Positions 9,221 to 21,148 of a DNA stretch of 64,000 bases are shown piece by piece. The stretch covers positions 32,001 through 96,000 of the forward strand of contig JBFIML010000004.1 in assembly GCA_041611735.1 (NCBI GenBank), written 5' to 3'. Within the stretch, counting starts at the first letter, position 1. Each line of letters opens with the position of its first letter. The position numbers and the translations under genes are program-made. Source of the stretch: Myxococcota bacterium (lineage in GTDB: Bacteria > Myxococcota_A > UBA9160 > PR03). The notes below the pieces were generated by a model, which searched no databases, was not told the DNA's origin, and worked only from the letters and a program-made list of their open reading frames with translations.

Positions 9221-10156
9221 CTAGAGGTAGGTCAGCCAGCGCTCGTGCTTGCGGTCGCGACCCGTCACGATGTCGAAGAAGGCGCCCTGCAGCGTCTTGG
9301 TGATGGGACCGCGCTGGCCGGAGCCGATCGCGCGGTGATCCACCTCGCGGATCGGCGTCACCTCCGCCGCCGTTCCCGTCACGAAGATCTCGTCGGCGAT
9401 GTAGAGCTCGTCGCGGGTGATGGGCGACTCCTCGACCGGGATCCCCTTGTCGCGGGCGACCTCGATCACCGAAGCGCGGGTGATGCCGGCCAGGATCGTG
9501 GGCAGCGGCGGCGTGCGCACCTGGCCGTCGCGCACCACGAAGACGTTCTCGCCGCTCGCCTCGGACACGAGCCCCTGGGTGTCGAGCAGGATCGCCTCGT
9601 CGTAGCCGTCGAGCAGGGCCTCCCGCTTGGCCAGGATCGAGTTCACGTAGTCCCCGCAGGTCTTGCCCTTGGTCATCTTCGCGTTGACGAAGTTGCGCAC
9701 GAAGGTGGAGACCTTGGCGCGGATGCCGTTCTCCATGCCGTCCTCGCCCAGGTACTTGCCCCAGGGATAGACGATGATCGCGACCCGGATCGGGTTGTTC
9801 GCGGGGTTGAGCCCCATGGCGCCGTCGCCCACGAAGACGATGGGCCGGATGTAGCCCTCCTCCAGGCGGTTCGCGCGCAGGGTCTCGAGGATCGCCTCGG
9901 AGACCTGCTCGGGCGGGAAGGGGATCTTCATCAGGTTGATGTGGGCCGAGTCGTACAGCCGCCGCACGTGCTCCGGCAAGCGGAAGACGGCCGAGCGCCC
10001 GTCGGCGCTGCGGTAGGAGCGGATGCCCTCGAAGACCCCGAGCCCGTAGTGCAGGGTGTGGGTCAGCACGTGGACGCGGGCCTCGTCCCAGGGCACGAGC
10101 CGCCCGTCCATCCAGATCTTCTCGCCGGTTACCCGGGGGTGCTCCTTCTGGGCCAT
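9221..10156 (-). CDS. ilvE: Branched-chain amino acid aminotransferase
   Basis: HTLHYGLGVFEGIRSY, YIRP, K(TCGDY)VNS, EASGEN, ILAGITR, TGTAAEVTP. Confidence 0.96.
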   Translation of the reverse strand: MAQKEHPRVTGEKIWMDGRLVPWDEARVHVLTHTLHYGLGVFEGIRSYRSADGRSAVFRLPEHVRRLYDSAHINLMKIPFPPEQVSEAILETLRANRLEEGYIRPIVFVGDGAMGLNPANNPIRVAIIVYPWGKYLGEDGMENGIRAKVSTFVRNFVNAKMTKGKTCGDYVNSILAKREALLDGYDEAILLDTQGLVSEASGENVFVVRDGQVRTPPLPTILAGITRASVIEVARDKGIPVEESPITRDELYIADEIFVTGTAAEVTPIREVDHRAIGSGQRGPITKTLQGAFFDIVTGRDRKHERWLTYL

Positions 10157-12105
10157 CCCCTCGCCTCCGCCAGGCCCGAACGGCGCAGCAGCCGCCCGAT
10201 CAGCCCCGCGTCCTGGGGGCGACGCATGTGCAGCAGCCGCAGCTCCCGCAGCGCCTCCACGCAATCCGGTCGCAGCCGGACGGCCCGGGTCAGGGCGCGC
10301 TGGGCGAGTCGCTGGCGGCCCGCCGCCCGGTACAGGCGGCCCAGGAAGAGGTAGGTCTTCTGGCGATCCGGCGCCAGCTTGGCGCCGCGACGCACGTGCT
10401 GGAGCGCCTCGCTCAAGGCGGTCGCGGACTGCTCCCGGGCCAGGTAGAGCGCCCAGCCCCGGTGGGCGTGGTACTCCCCCTCCTCCGGGAAGATCTCGAC
10501 CGCCCGCTCGAAGCAGGCGAGGGCGCCCGCCGCGTCCCGGGCACGCAGGCGCTGCTCCCCCTCCTGGAACTCGAGCTCCGCCCGCAGGGCGCGCTGGCCC
10601 TCGTCGATCTCCGCCGCCTCGCGCTCCCTGCGACGCCGCTCGAGCTGGTACTCGGCCCGGCGGCGCGCATCGGCGAGCCGGCCGTAGGCGCGGGCCACCC
10701 GGGCGAAGGCCTCCTCCGCCAGGGTGATCACGGCGTCGCTCGCAAGGCCGAAGCGGTCCGGGTGGGTGCGCTTGGCCAGATCCGCGTAGGCGGCGCGCAC
10801 CGCCTCGTCGTCGGAGTCCGGGGTGACACCGAGCACCCCGAAGTCGTCCTCCGCCTCGCGGAAGCGCTGTAGGAGCCCCGCCAGCTCGGCACGCAGGGTG
10901 CGCTCCGCCGGCGAGGTCTGCTCGCGGGTCGGGACCGGGGTGGCTGCCGGCGCCTGGCCGAGGGGGGCAGCCACCGCCTCGCCGTCCCCGTCGCGCAGCT
11001 CGAGCCGCTCCGTCACCAGCAAGCCGAAGGCCGCCCGCTGCGCCGCCTCCCCGTCCACGAGCAGATCGCGGATCCGCAGCGGCCGCTCGCAGCGCGTGAG
11101 GAGCCTCTGCTCGGCGGGCTCGAGGGCGAGCTCCTGGAAGCGATAGAAGGGACTCTCGCCCGGCACGAGGCGGCGGTCCGCGTGGGCCTGCAGGAAGGAC
11201 TCGATGCGCTCGAGGGGAAAGCGCCCGCGGATCCCCGCCAGGATGAAGTCCGCGGGCTGGCGGTCGAGGCTCAGGCTGCTGGCGCGCTGCAGGCGGGCCT
11301 CCCGCTCGAGGGCGAAGCGGCCGTCCCGCCACTCGAACACCTCCAGCAGCTTCTCCTCGGCCTGCATGCGCAGGATTTCGCTCAGCTCGTCCTCGGCGAT
11401 CAGCTGCATGGCCACCAGGATCTCGCCCTGCGGTCCCTCGCCCCGCTTCAGGCGCCGCACCGACTCGGCGAGCTGCCCCTGGCTGATGCGTCCCGTGCGC
11501 ACCAGCAGGTTCCCGAAGCACTCGTTGATCAGGTTCGAACGCACCGCTGCGGGGCGTCCTTCGCGCAGCTCGATGCGCTTGTGCTTGCGGCCCGCCCGCA
11601 GGTGGAGCACCCCGGAGGCCCGCATCCCGTGCAGATGGTGGAGCAGCGCCGGGAAGGAGAGCGTCTCCAGGCTCCCGGAGACCGGCTCGGGCCGGGCGCC
11701 GGGATCGCTCGAGGTGCGGGCGACCGGCGGCCCGCCGCGCAGCTGCTTGGACACCATTCCGAGCAGTGCGTCCAGGGGCACCGGCTTGGTGAGCAGCGCC
11801 GCTGCCCGCAGCGCCTCGGCGCGGCGCTCGTAGGCCGGGCTGCGGGAGCAGCCCGAGACGAGCAGCGCCGGAACCTCACCCAGCGGCGGGCCGAGCCCGC
11901 GCACCGTCTCGAGCACCTCGAAGCCGTCGCGGCGCGGGAGCAGGAGATCGATCAGCAGCAGATCGGGCTGGTGCAGATGGACCGCGGCGAGCGCCTCTTC
12001 CCCGTCGTGGGCGAGGCGCACCTCGTAGCCTTCTCCGCGCAGCGCCTTGGCCAGGATCTGGCAGAGGTTGCGGTCGTCGTCGATGCACAGGACCGTCGGG
12101 CGCAT
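10129..12105 (-). CDS. Response-regulator receiver + DUF4388-like + DnaJ (HPD) + TPR protein
   Basis: REC (IDDD, LIDLLLP, TKP); GSLETLSFPALLHHL..ASGVL and VFEWRDGRF (DUF4388/PATAN-like); FGVLGV..AYADLAKRTHPDRF J-domain; C-terminal TPRs. Confidence 0.85.
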   Translation of the reverse strand: MRPTVLCIDDDRNLCQILAKALRGEGYEVRLAHDGEEALAAVHLHQPDLLLIDLLLPRRDGFEVLETVRGLGPPLGEVPALLVSGCSRSPAYERRAEALRAAALLTKPVPLDALLGMVSKQLRGGPPVARTSSDPGARPEPVSGSLETLSFPALLHHLHGMRASGVLHLRAGRKHKRIELREGRPAAVRSNLINECFGNLLVRTGRISQGQLAESVRRLKRGEGPQGEILVAMQLIAEDELSEILRMQAEEKLLEVFEWRDGRFALEREARLQRASSLSLDRQPADFILAGIRGRFPLERIESFLQAHADRRLVPGESPFYRFQELALEPAEQRLLTRCERPLRIRDLLVDGEAAQRAAFGLLVTERLELRDGDGEAVAAPLGQAPAATPVPTREQTSPAERTLRAELAGLLQRFREAEDDFGVLGVTPDSDDEAVRAAYADLAKRTHPDRFGLASDAVITLAEEAFARVARAYGRLADARRRAEYQLERRRREREAAEIDEGQRALRAELEFQEGEQRLRARDAAGALACFERAVEIFPEEGEYHAHRGWALYLAREQSATALSEALQHVRRGAKLAPDRQKTYLFLGRLYRAAGRQRLAQRALTRAVRLRPDCVEALRELRLLHMRRPQDAGLIGRLLRRSGLAEARGWPRRSTPG

Positions 12106-12162
12106 GCACCACCTCCGGTCCGGGCCATCGGCGGAACGGAGGGGGGGCGCCGGTGACGAACG

Positions 12163-13274
<1,112 letters not shown>

Positions 13275-13278
<4 letters not shown>

Positions 13279-15440
13279 TGCTGCGGCGACTCGCGCTTGC
13301 GCCCGCCGCCGAGGATGCCTTCCAGGGTGTCCAGGATCTCGCGCCCGGCGCCCTCGCCCAGACGCTCGTCGATCTTGCGCTCGACCTTCTCGCGGCGGCG
13401 ACTCACGGCGAAGCTCGAGGCGAAGGCGACCACGGCCTCGGGCGAGAGGTCGATGCGCGGTGCGCTCGCCGTGCCGCGCACGCGCGCCAGGGGGATCACC
13501 TTCTGGCGCGCGGGGGGCGGCGCCTCCGCCGCGGCCGCGTCGGGCGTGGCGCCCGCCAGGGCCGTGTCCACCTCTTCGCCGATGGTGAGCTTGCCGGTCA
13601 TGTCGAGGGCGCCGTCGGCGAGCCCGAAGGTCCCGCGCAGATCCGCGGTGTAGTTGCGATAGACCAGGCGCAGGTCCTCGGTGCGCGCGCGCCCGCCGCC
13701 CACGTCGAAGCTGCCGGTGATGGACTGGAACTCGTCGCCGTAGAAGCGCTGCAGGGTGCTCCCGCCCCGGATGGCACCGACCAGGATGGCCGCCTCGGCG
13801 AAGCTCGCCAGGCGCTCGAGGGTGCCGCGCAGCAGCGAGACGCCGCGCAGGCGGCCCTGCCCGATCTCGAGCCGGGTCTGGCCGCCCATGCTCTCGACGG
13901 CCGGGCGCGGACCGCCCGTGGGCCCCGTCAGATTGGCGCGAAAGGTGAGCGGCCCCTGGAGGAGGTCCTTCTTGCCGGCCAGGGCCGTGACCAGCGCGTT
14001 GGCGTCGGCCTGCTCGGCGGCGACCTGCACCCGGTAGCGAGGCGTCCCGGCCAGGTCGGCGAGGTCGAGGTCGAGCTTCACGGGCTGGCCGGCCACGGTG
14101 AGGGCCAGGCCGGGGCCGCGCAGCGCCGAGCCGGCTCCCTCCAGGCTCCCGTTCACCACGATCGGCTGGCCCTCCTGGAAAGCCAGGCGCAGGTCCGCGA
14201 GTCCGATGCGACCGCGCACGTCGAGGGGCGGGGTCGCGACGGCGAGCTTCTCCAGGGAGACGCGACCCTGGGGCCGGACCGAGGCGAGAGCGGGCAGCAG
14301 CTCCCCCCAGCCGGCCAGGTCGAAGGGTGGGGCGTCGAGCTCCACGCGCGTGCGGTCACCGAAGCCGAGGCGCCCGGTGGCGTCCAGGTTGCGCACCTTG
14401 AGCCGCACCTGGTCGACGCCGATTCCGCCACCCGCCTGGGGCACCAGGCGCCCGCTCAAGGTGGCGGGCGTCCCGCTCGGCTTGGTGAAGGCCTGACCGT
14501 AGGCGAGGCTCGCCTGGGTGGCGTCCACCTCGAAGCTCCCGGTGGGAGTCTCGAGGCCGCCCTGGAGCTCGGCCTTGAGGGACACCCGCCCGCGCAGGCC
14601 CACGTCCTCCAGGCGCACGTCGCCGTCGGCGAGCGTCAGGTCCGCGGTCAGCGCCTGGGGCGAGGCGGCGGCACCGCGCGCCTTCAGGGTGCCGGTGAGC
14701 GCTCCGAGGACGCTGCGTCCCTTGCCCAGATAGGGTGCCACGGGAGCGAGGACCAGACCGTCGAGCTTCGCGGCCAGATCGATCTCGCCGTCGAGCTTGA
14801 CGGTGCCGTTCACCTGCACGCGGCCGCCGCTCGCGAGCCCGGCGGAGAGGTTCACGTCCAGCGGGCGATCCAGGGAGCTGCCGCGGGCGCGGGCCTCGAG
14901 ATCGGTCAGATCCCAGGTGACCGGCGGCGCGACGGTCCGGTCTTCCAGGATGAGGCGCGAGCGGCGCACGTCGAGCTCCCGCACCGCCAGGGCAACGCCC
15001 GCCCCCTCGGCGGACGGCGCGCTGGGCGCCTGGGCCCCGCCCGGCGCCGGCTGCTTCTGGCCCGGCAGCCGGATGCCGTCCTGGGTGCGCACCAGCCGCA
15101 CGGTGACGCCCTCCACCTGGAGGGAATCGATCACCACGGTGCGGGCCAGCAGCGGCAGCACCGCGAGGCGCAGGTCCACCTGCTCCGCCTCGACCAGCGC
15201 CTTCCCGCTCGGTCCGGGCTCCTTCACCTCCGGCGCCATCACCACGAGCCGCGGCGGCAGCAGCCCGAAGGAGAGCTCCTTCCAGCTCACTTCCTGACCC
15301 GTGGCGTCGCGGGCGGCCTCCTGGAGCCGGGCCCTCACCGCCTCGCTGCCCGCGATGCGGGGCAGCGCAACGACCAGGGCGCCGAGTCCCACGGTCAGGA
15401 GCACGACGCCGACGATGGCGATTCTCACCAGGATGCGCAT
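13275..15440 (-). CDS. AsmA family protein
   Basis: N-terminal TM anchor, long amphipathic beta-taco-like repeats, AsmA-like C-terminus ([10 protein letters not shown]). Confidence 0.8.
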
Positions 15441-15445
15441 GGTCG

Positions 15446-16909
15446 TCAGTCCTTCAGGCGTCGGTTCAGGATGTCCCGCACGGCGGCCGGGTTCGCCTTG
15501 CCCCGGGTGCGCCGCATGACCTGTCCCATCAGGAAGTTCAGGATCTTCTCCTCGCCGGCCCGCAAGCGCTCGAGCATCTCCGGATGCGCGGCCAGCACCT
15601 CGTCCACCGCGCCCTCCAGGAGCCCCGTGTCGGCCACCGCCTCGAGGCCCCGCTCCCGCACCAGCGCCTGCGGGTCGCCGCCCCGCTGCATGAGCTCCGC
15701 CACCAGGGGCCGGGCGTTGGAGGCCGTCACCTTGCCCTTCTCCACGAGACGCACCAGGCCCACCAGGGCTTCCGGGGCGAGGGCCGTGGCGTCGATCTCG
15801 CCGCTGCGCTCCTTCAGGGCCTGGAGGACGTCGCGCAGCACCCAGTTGGCGACGGTCTTGGGGTTCCCGTGGGCGCGGGCCGCCGCCTCGAAGAAATCCG
15901 CCAGGGCGCGGCTCTCGGTCAGCTGGCGGGCATCGTAGGCCGAGAGCTCGTAGGCCTCGGCCAGCCGGCGGCGGCGGGCCTCCGGCAGCTCCGGCAGGGC
16001 GGCGCGCGCGCGCTCCAGGGCCTCGGACTCGATCTCGAGGGGGATCAGGTCGGGATCCGGGAAGTAGCGGTAGTCGTCGGCGTTCTCCTTGACGCGCATC
16101 ACGCGCGTGCGCTCGGTGGCCGGATCGTAGAGGAGCGTGGCCTGGACCACCCGCTCGCCGGCGTCGAGTCGCTCCGCCTGGCGCTCGATCTCCGCCCGCA
16201 GCGCGCCCTCCACGAAGCGGAAGCTGTTCAGGTTCTTGAGCTCCGTGCGGATGCCGAGCTCGCTGGCGCCCCGGGGCCGCAGCGACAGGTTGGCGTCGCA
16301 GCGGAAGTGCCCCTTCTCCAGGTCCGCATCGGAGACGTCCACGTAGCGCAGCAGCTGGCGCAGCGCGCGCAGGTAGGCGCCGGCCTGCTCGGGCGAGCGC
16401 AGGTCGGGCTCCGACACGATCTCAAGCAGCGGGACGCCGGCGCGGTTCAGGTCCACGTGGGAGCCGTCCTGACCCGCCACGGCCCGGTCGTGGATGGACT
16501 TGCCGGCGTCCTCCTCCATGTGGATGCGGGTGAGCCTCACGCGCTGGGTCCCGCCCTCCCCGTCCAGCTCCACGTCGAGGAAGCCGCCCGTGGCCAAGGG
16601 CTCCTCGTACTGGGAGATCTGGTAGCCCTTGGGGAGATCCGGGTAGAAGTAGTTCTTGCGCGCGAAGACGGAGCGCCCCTGCACGGTGCAGTGGGCGGCG
16701 AGCGCCGCCCGCAACGCCAGCTCCACGGCCTGCCGGTTCAGGACCGGCAGGGCCCCGGGCAGGGCCAGGCAGACCGGGCAGGCGTGGTGGTTCGGGTCTT
16801 CGCCGTAGCGCACGGCGCAGCCGCAGAAGAGCTTCGACTCCGTGCGCAGCTGCACGTGCACCTCGAGGCCGATCACCACCTCGTAGCGGGGATGGGGGGC
16901 GGCGCTCAC
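15446..16909 (-). CDS. gatB: Asp/Glu-tRNA amidotransferase subunit B
   Basis: [67 protein letters not shown] overlap with gatA. Confidence 0.97.
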   Translation of the reverse strand: MSAAPHPRYEVVIGLEVHVQLRTESKLFCGCAVRYGEDPNHHACPVCLALPGALPVLNRQAVELALRAALAAHCTVQGRSVFARKNYFYPDLPKGYQISQYEEPLATGGFLDVELDGEGGTQRVRLTRIHMEEDAGKSIHDRAVAGQDGSHVDLNRAGVPLLEIVSEPDLRSPEQAGAYLRALRQLLRYVDVSDADLEKGHFRCDANLSLRPRGASELGIRTELKNLNSFRFVEGALRAEIERQAERLDAGERVVQATLLYDPATERTRVMRVKENADDYRYFPDPDLIPLEIESEALERARAALPELPEARRRRLAEAYELSAYDARQLTESRALADFFEAAARAHGNPKTVANWVLRDVLQALKERSGEIDATALAPEALVGLVRLVEKGKVTASNARPLVAELMQRGGDPQALVRERGLEAVADTGLLEGAVDEVLAAHPEMLERLRAGEEKILNFLMGQVMRRTRGKANPAAVRDILNRRLKD

Positions 16910-18372
16910 GCGAGCTCCGGGGGCCGGCGCGCGTGCCACTCCGTACGGCGCTGGTAGGCGTCCGCCACCCGCAGCAGCGTCGCCTCGTCGAGGGCGCGCC
17001 CGAGCAGCTGCAGCCCCACGGGCATGCCGTGGGCGAACCCGCACGGAATCGAGAGCCCGGGCACCCCGGCCAGGTTGGCGGACACCGTGTATACGTCCGA
17101 GAGGTACATGCGCAGCGGGTCGGCGGACTTCTCGCCCAGCCGAAACGCCACTTCCGGCGCCGTGGGGGTGACGAGCACGTCGCAGGCGGCGAGCGCCCGC
17201 TCGAAGTCGCGGCGCAGCAGCGTCCGCACCTGCAAGGCCTTGCGGTAGTAGGCGTCGTAGTAGCCGGCGGACAGTACGTAGGTCCCGAGCAGGATGCGCC
17301 GCTTCACCTCGGACCCGAAGCCCTCGGAGCGCGTGCGCCGGTACATGTCGCCGAGGGTCGCGGCGTCCGCCGCCCGATGTCCGTAGCGGACACCGTCGTA
17401 GCGGGCCAGGTTGCTCGACGCCTCGGCCGGCGCGATCAGGTAGTAGGTGGCGATCGCGTGGCGGGTGTGGGGCAGCGAGACCTCGCGCATCTTGGCGCCG
17501 GCGCGCTCGAGCTCCGCCACCGCCTCGCGGACCCGCGCCAGCACCTCGGGGTCCACGCCCTCGGCCACGAAGTACTCGCGAGGCAGGCCGAGTACGAGGC
17601 CCGAGACGTCCCCGCTCAGGGCCTCGAGGCAGGCGGGCGCCGGCTCCGGGATCGAGGTGGAGTCGCGGGCGTCGTGGCCGGCGATGGTCTGCAGGACGCG
17701 GGCGCAGTCGGCCGCGGAGCGGGCGAAGGGGCCCACCTGGTCCAGGGACGAGGCGAAGGCCACCAGCCCGTAGCGGGACACGCGTCCATAGGTGGGCTTC
17801 AGTCCCACGACACCGCAGAAGGCCGCGGGCTGGCGGATCGACCCGCCGGTGTCGCTGCCCAGGGCCACCGGCACCACGCCGGCGGCCACCGCCGCCGCCG
17901 AGCCCCCCGACGAGCCGCCCGGCGCGCGCTCCAGATCCCAGGGGTTGCGGGTCGCGCCGAAGGCCGAGTTCTCGGTGGAGGAGCCCATGGCGAACTCGTC
18001 CAGGTTGGTGCGCCCGATCACGACGGCACCCGCCGCCCGCAGGCGGGCGACGGCGGTGGCCTCGTAGGGCGAGACGAATCCCGCCAGGATGCGGGACGCG
18101 CAGGTGGTGGGTTCGCCCGCCAGCACCTGGTTGTCCTTGACGGCCACGGGGATGCCGTCCAGGGGCGAGCGCACCTCGCCGCGCCCCCGGCGCGCGTCGG
18201 CCTGGGCCGCCTCCGCGGAGGCGGCCGCACCGCGCAAGCCGACGAAGGCGTGGAGGCGCGGCTCCAGGCGCTCGGCCCGCGCCAGGGCCGCCTCCACCAG
18301 CTCCAGGGAGGAGACCCGCCCGGCGTCCAGCTCCCGGCGCAGCACGTCGAGGGTCGGGAGAGGTTCGGCCAC
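16906..18372 (-). CDS. gatA: Asp/Glu-tRNA amidotransferase subunit A
   Basis: Amidase signature [43 protein letters not shown]. Confidence 0.97.
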   Translation of the reverse strand: MAEPLPTLDVLRRELDAGRVSSLELVEAALARAERLEPRLHAFVGLRGAAASAEAAQADARRGRGEVRSPLDGIPVAVKDNQVLAGEPTTCASRILAGFVSPYEATAVARLRAAGAVVIGRTNLDEFAMGSSTENSAFGATRNPWDLERAPGGSSGGSAAAVAAGVVPVALGSDTGGSIRQPAAFCGVVGLKPTYGRVSRYGLVAFASSLDQVGPFARSAADCARVLQTIAGHDARDSTSIPEPAPACLEALSGDVSGLVLGLPREYFVAEGVDPEVLARVREAVAELERAGAKMREVSLPHTRHAIATYYLIAPAEASSNLARYDGVRYGHRAADAATLGDMYRRTRSEGFGSEVKRRILLGTYVLSAGYYDAYYRKALQVRTLLRRDFERALAACDVLVTPTAPEVAFRLGEKSADPLRMYLSDVYTVSANLAGVPGLSIPCGFAHGMPVGLQLLGRALDEATLLRVADAYQRRTEWHARRPPELA

Positions 18373-18378
18373 GACGTC

Positions 18379-18681
18379 CTAGGTCTCGTCCTCCGCGATC
18401 ACCTTCGGAACGACGAAGGCGTGACCGTCCCGCTCCGGAGCGTTCGCCACCGCCTGCTCCGGATCGAGACCGGGCTGCACCCGGTCGTCGCGCAGGGGGG
18501 TTCGCAGGGGGATGGCATGGGAGGTGGGCTCGACCCCTTCCGTGTCCAGGGCCTCGAGGCTCGCCACGTACTCGAGGATGGTCTCGAGCTCGCCGGTCAT
18601 GCGCTCGGCTTCTTCGGGACGGAGCGTGAGGCGCGCCAGATCGGCGATGCGCTCCACCTCCTCGCGCGTGATCCGGGCCAC
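18379..18681 (-). CDS. gatC: Asp/Glu-tRNA amidotransferase subunit C
   Basis: ITREEVERIADLARL...ILEYV...VEPTSH...LRDD...ANAP...FVVPKVI. Confidence 0.95.
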   Translation of the reverse strand: MARITREEVERIADLARLTLRPEEAERMTGELETILEYVASLEALDTEGVEPTSHAIPLRTPLRDDRVQPGLDPEQAVANAPERDGHAFVVPKVIAEDET

Positions 18682-18702
18682 GCCCGCAAGGTAGCCCGCA
18701 GA

Positions 18703-18937
18703 CGCAGCGGGCGCAGCTCGCAAGCGCAGCGCGCAGCGAGGCGCAGGCGAGCGAAGTCGGCCCGGCCCGCAGCGCGCAGCCCGCAAGCGAAGCGCGCAGC
18801 CCGCAAGCGAAGCGCGCAGCGAGGCGCAGCCGAGCGAAGTCAGCAGCCCGCAGCCGAGCGAAGTCGGCAGCCGGCAGCCGAGCGAAGTCGGCAGCCCGAA
18901 GCCGGGCGAGGTTCCCCGGCCCGCAGCCGAGCGAAGC
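18703..18937. repeat. Nested REP-like tandem repeats in the gatC/helicase divergent intergenic region
   Basis: 20-bp unit AGCGCGCAGCCCGCAAGCGA x2 (18771-18810); 24-bp unit GCAGCCGAGCGAAGTCRGCAGCCS x3 (18826-18897); further degenerate GCAG(C/G)CGAGCGAAG copies near 18743 and 18923. Confidence 0.85.
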
Positions 18938-18984
18938 CCCCACCGATGGCGCCCGCGCCCGCCGACGGCTAGCTTGCGCCGCGA

Positions 18985-20430
18985 ATGACCGATCTGTCCG
19001 ACCTGTTCGCCGACTTCCCCGACGACATCCAAGCCGGCCTCCGCGACCTGGGCTGGCACTCCCCCCTGCCGGTGCAGCTGCGCGTCATCCCGCTCATGCG
19101 GGAGCGCCGGGACCTGATCGTCCAGGCCCGCACGGGCAGCGGCAAGACCGGCGCCTTCGGACTGCCGATCGTGGCCGAGGTGGACCTGGAGCGGGCCGAG
19201 CCCCAGGCGCTCGTGCTGGCCCCGACCCGCGAGCTGGCCAACCAGGTGGCGACCGAGATCTCCGCCATGGGCAAGCACCGGGGCGTGCGCTGCCTGGCCA
19301 TCTACGGCGGCGTCGGCTACGGGCCCCAGCTCGAGGGCATCAAGGCCGGCCCCCACGTGGTGGTGGGCACGCCCGGGCGCATGCTCGACCACCTGTCCGC
19401 CGGCCGCCTGCGCTTCGACGGCGTGCGCTTCTTCGTCCTGGACGAGGCCGACGAGCTGCTCTCCCTCGGCTTCTGGCCCGACATGCGGGAGATGGACCGC
19501 TACCTCCCGCCCAAGGGCGAGCGCCAGTCGTACCTCTTCTCGGCCACCATGCCGGAGCGGGTGCGCTCGCTGGCCCGCGTCCTGCTGCACGAGCCCGAGT
19601 TCATCGCTCTCTCGGAAGGGCAGATCGCACCCCAGGAGATCGAGCACTTCTTCTACCTGGTGTCGGCCCAGGAGAAGGAGGCCGGCCTGCTGCGGGTGCT
19701 CGAGTACGAGGATCCCGAGAGCGCCATCGTCTTCTGCAACACGAAGGACGACGTGCGCTACGTGACGACCTACCTGAAGCGTCGCGGCTTCGATGCGGAC
19801 CAGATCTCGGGAGACCTCGCCCAGGCGGCGCGCGAAGAGGCCATGAAGCGCATCAAGGCCGGCGAGCTGCGCATCCTGGTGGCCACCGACGTGGCCGCGC
19901 GCGGGATCGACATCTCGGACCTGACCCACGTCATCAGCTACGCGGCCCCCGACTCGCCCGAGGTGTACGTGCACCGCACGGGGCGGACCGGGCGGGCGGG
20001 CAAGGCCGGCATGGCGCTCTCCCTGGTCTCGGGGCTCGACATCGGGAACTTCCGGTGGCTCCAGAAGGTGAACCGGCTCGAGATCGCCGAGCGCAAGCTC
20101 CCCAGCGACGAGGACCTGCTGCGGCGCATCCGCGAGCGGCTCTCGGTCAAGGTCGAGCAGGAGCTCAGACTCATCCCGGAACGCGACCGCTCCTGGAAGG
20201 TGGATCGCCTCGTGCCGGTGGTGGAGGCGATGGTCGCCAGCGAGGAGGGCCGCCGCGAGCTCGCAGCCGTCTGCGCGTCCTACCTGCGCGAGCACCGTCC
20301 CGAGACGACGGTGACCGAGGCGCCGCGCCCGGTCCAGCCGGAGGGTGGCGCCGGCGACCGGACGCCCGCAGCGGGCCGCGGGGAGCGGCGCCGGCGACGC
20401 GGCCGGCGCAGCGGGCGTCCCCGGAACTAG
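18985..20430 (+). CDS. DEAD-box RNA helicase
   Basis: Q motif, ARTGSGKT, PTRELA, TPGR, DEAD, SAT, ARGID, HRTGRTGR; basic tail. Confidence 0.96.
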   Translation: MTDLSDLFADFPDDIQAGLRDLGWHSPLPVQLRVIPLMRERRDLIVQARTGSGKTGAFGLPIVAEVDLERAEPQALVLAPTRELANQVATEISAMGKHRGVRCLAIYGGVGYGPQLEGIKAGPHVVVGTPGRMLDHLSAGRLRFDGVRFFVLDEADELLSLGFWPDMREMDRYLPPKGERQSYLFSATMPERVRSLARVLLHEPEFIALSEGQIAPQEIEHFFYLVSAQEKEAGLLRVLEYEDPESAIVFCNTKDDVRYVTTYLKRRGFDADQISGDLAQAAREEAMKRIKAGELRILVATDVAARGIDISDLTHVISYAAPDSPEVYVHRTGRTGRAGKAGMALSLVSGLDIGNFRWLQKVNRLEIAERKLPSDEDLLRRIRERLSVKVEQELRLIPERDRSWKVDRLVPVVEAMVASEEGRRELAAVCASYLREHRPETTVTEAPRPVQPEGGAGDRTPAAGRGERRRRRGRRSGRPRN

Positions 20431-20431
20431 G

Positions 20432-20968
20432 GTGCGCATCACCGTGTTCGCGGGCTCCGCCCGGGCCGCGGGGGAGCCTTATCTCTCCGACGCCCGGGCG
20501 CTCGGCCGGGCCATCGCCCGGCGCGGCCACCTGCTGGTCTACGGCGGCGGGCGCACCGGGCTGATGGGCGCCGTGGCGGACGCGGCCCTGGCGGCGGGCG
20601 GGCGGGTGCACGGCGTGATCCTGCGCCGCTTCATCGAGCAGGACGTCCACCACCTGGGCGTGGAGATGTACCAGGTGGACGACATGCGCTCGCGCAAGGC
20701 GGGGCTGGACGAGCGGGCGGACGCCTTCGTGGCGCTGCCCGGGGGCTTCGGGACCCTGGAGGAGCTGACCGAGATCCTCTCGTTCCGGAAGCTCGAGCTG
20801 CACCACCGGCTCCTGGTGCTCCTGAACACGGCCGGCTTCTTCGACCCGCTGCTCGCCCAGTTCGAGCGGGCCGCGGCGGCGGGCTTCGAGAAGCCTGCCC
20901 ACCTGGCCTTCCACGCGGTCACGAAGGATCCCGAGGAGGCGGTGCGCCTGTGCGAGGCCGGGACCTGA
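20432..20968 (+). CDS. LOG family nucleotide phosphoribohydrolase (TIGR00730-like)
   Basis: VYGGGRTGLMG, MRSRK, PGGFGTLEE. Confidence 0.93.
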   Translation: MRITVFAGSARAAGEPYLSDARALGRAIARRGHLLVYGGGRTGLMGAVADAALAAGGRVHGVILRRFIEQDVHHLGVEMYQVDDMRSRKAGLDERADAFVALPGGFGTLEELTEILSFRKLELHHRLLVLLNTAGFFDPLLAQFERAAAAGFEKPAHLAFHAVTKDPEEAVRLCEAGT

Positions 20969-21148
20969 CCCTTCCGGGGTCCCCCCGAGGATGTTCCCCG
21001 GGGGCCAGATCCGGATCCCGTTGAGCTTTCGGGGCCTCTTGGCGTAGATTGGTGGGGCTCTGGCCCCGCGCGCGCCGGGCCGGGAGCTCGAATGGTCGGA
21101 ACGGTGGAGTCCTGCGCCCCGGGTGGGCGCCCTACTCGGGGTCAATCC

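Noticed and set aside
18703-18937. Possible CRISPR array
   Set aside because: Repeat units abut with no unique spacers, unit lengths vary, and no cas genes are present.
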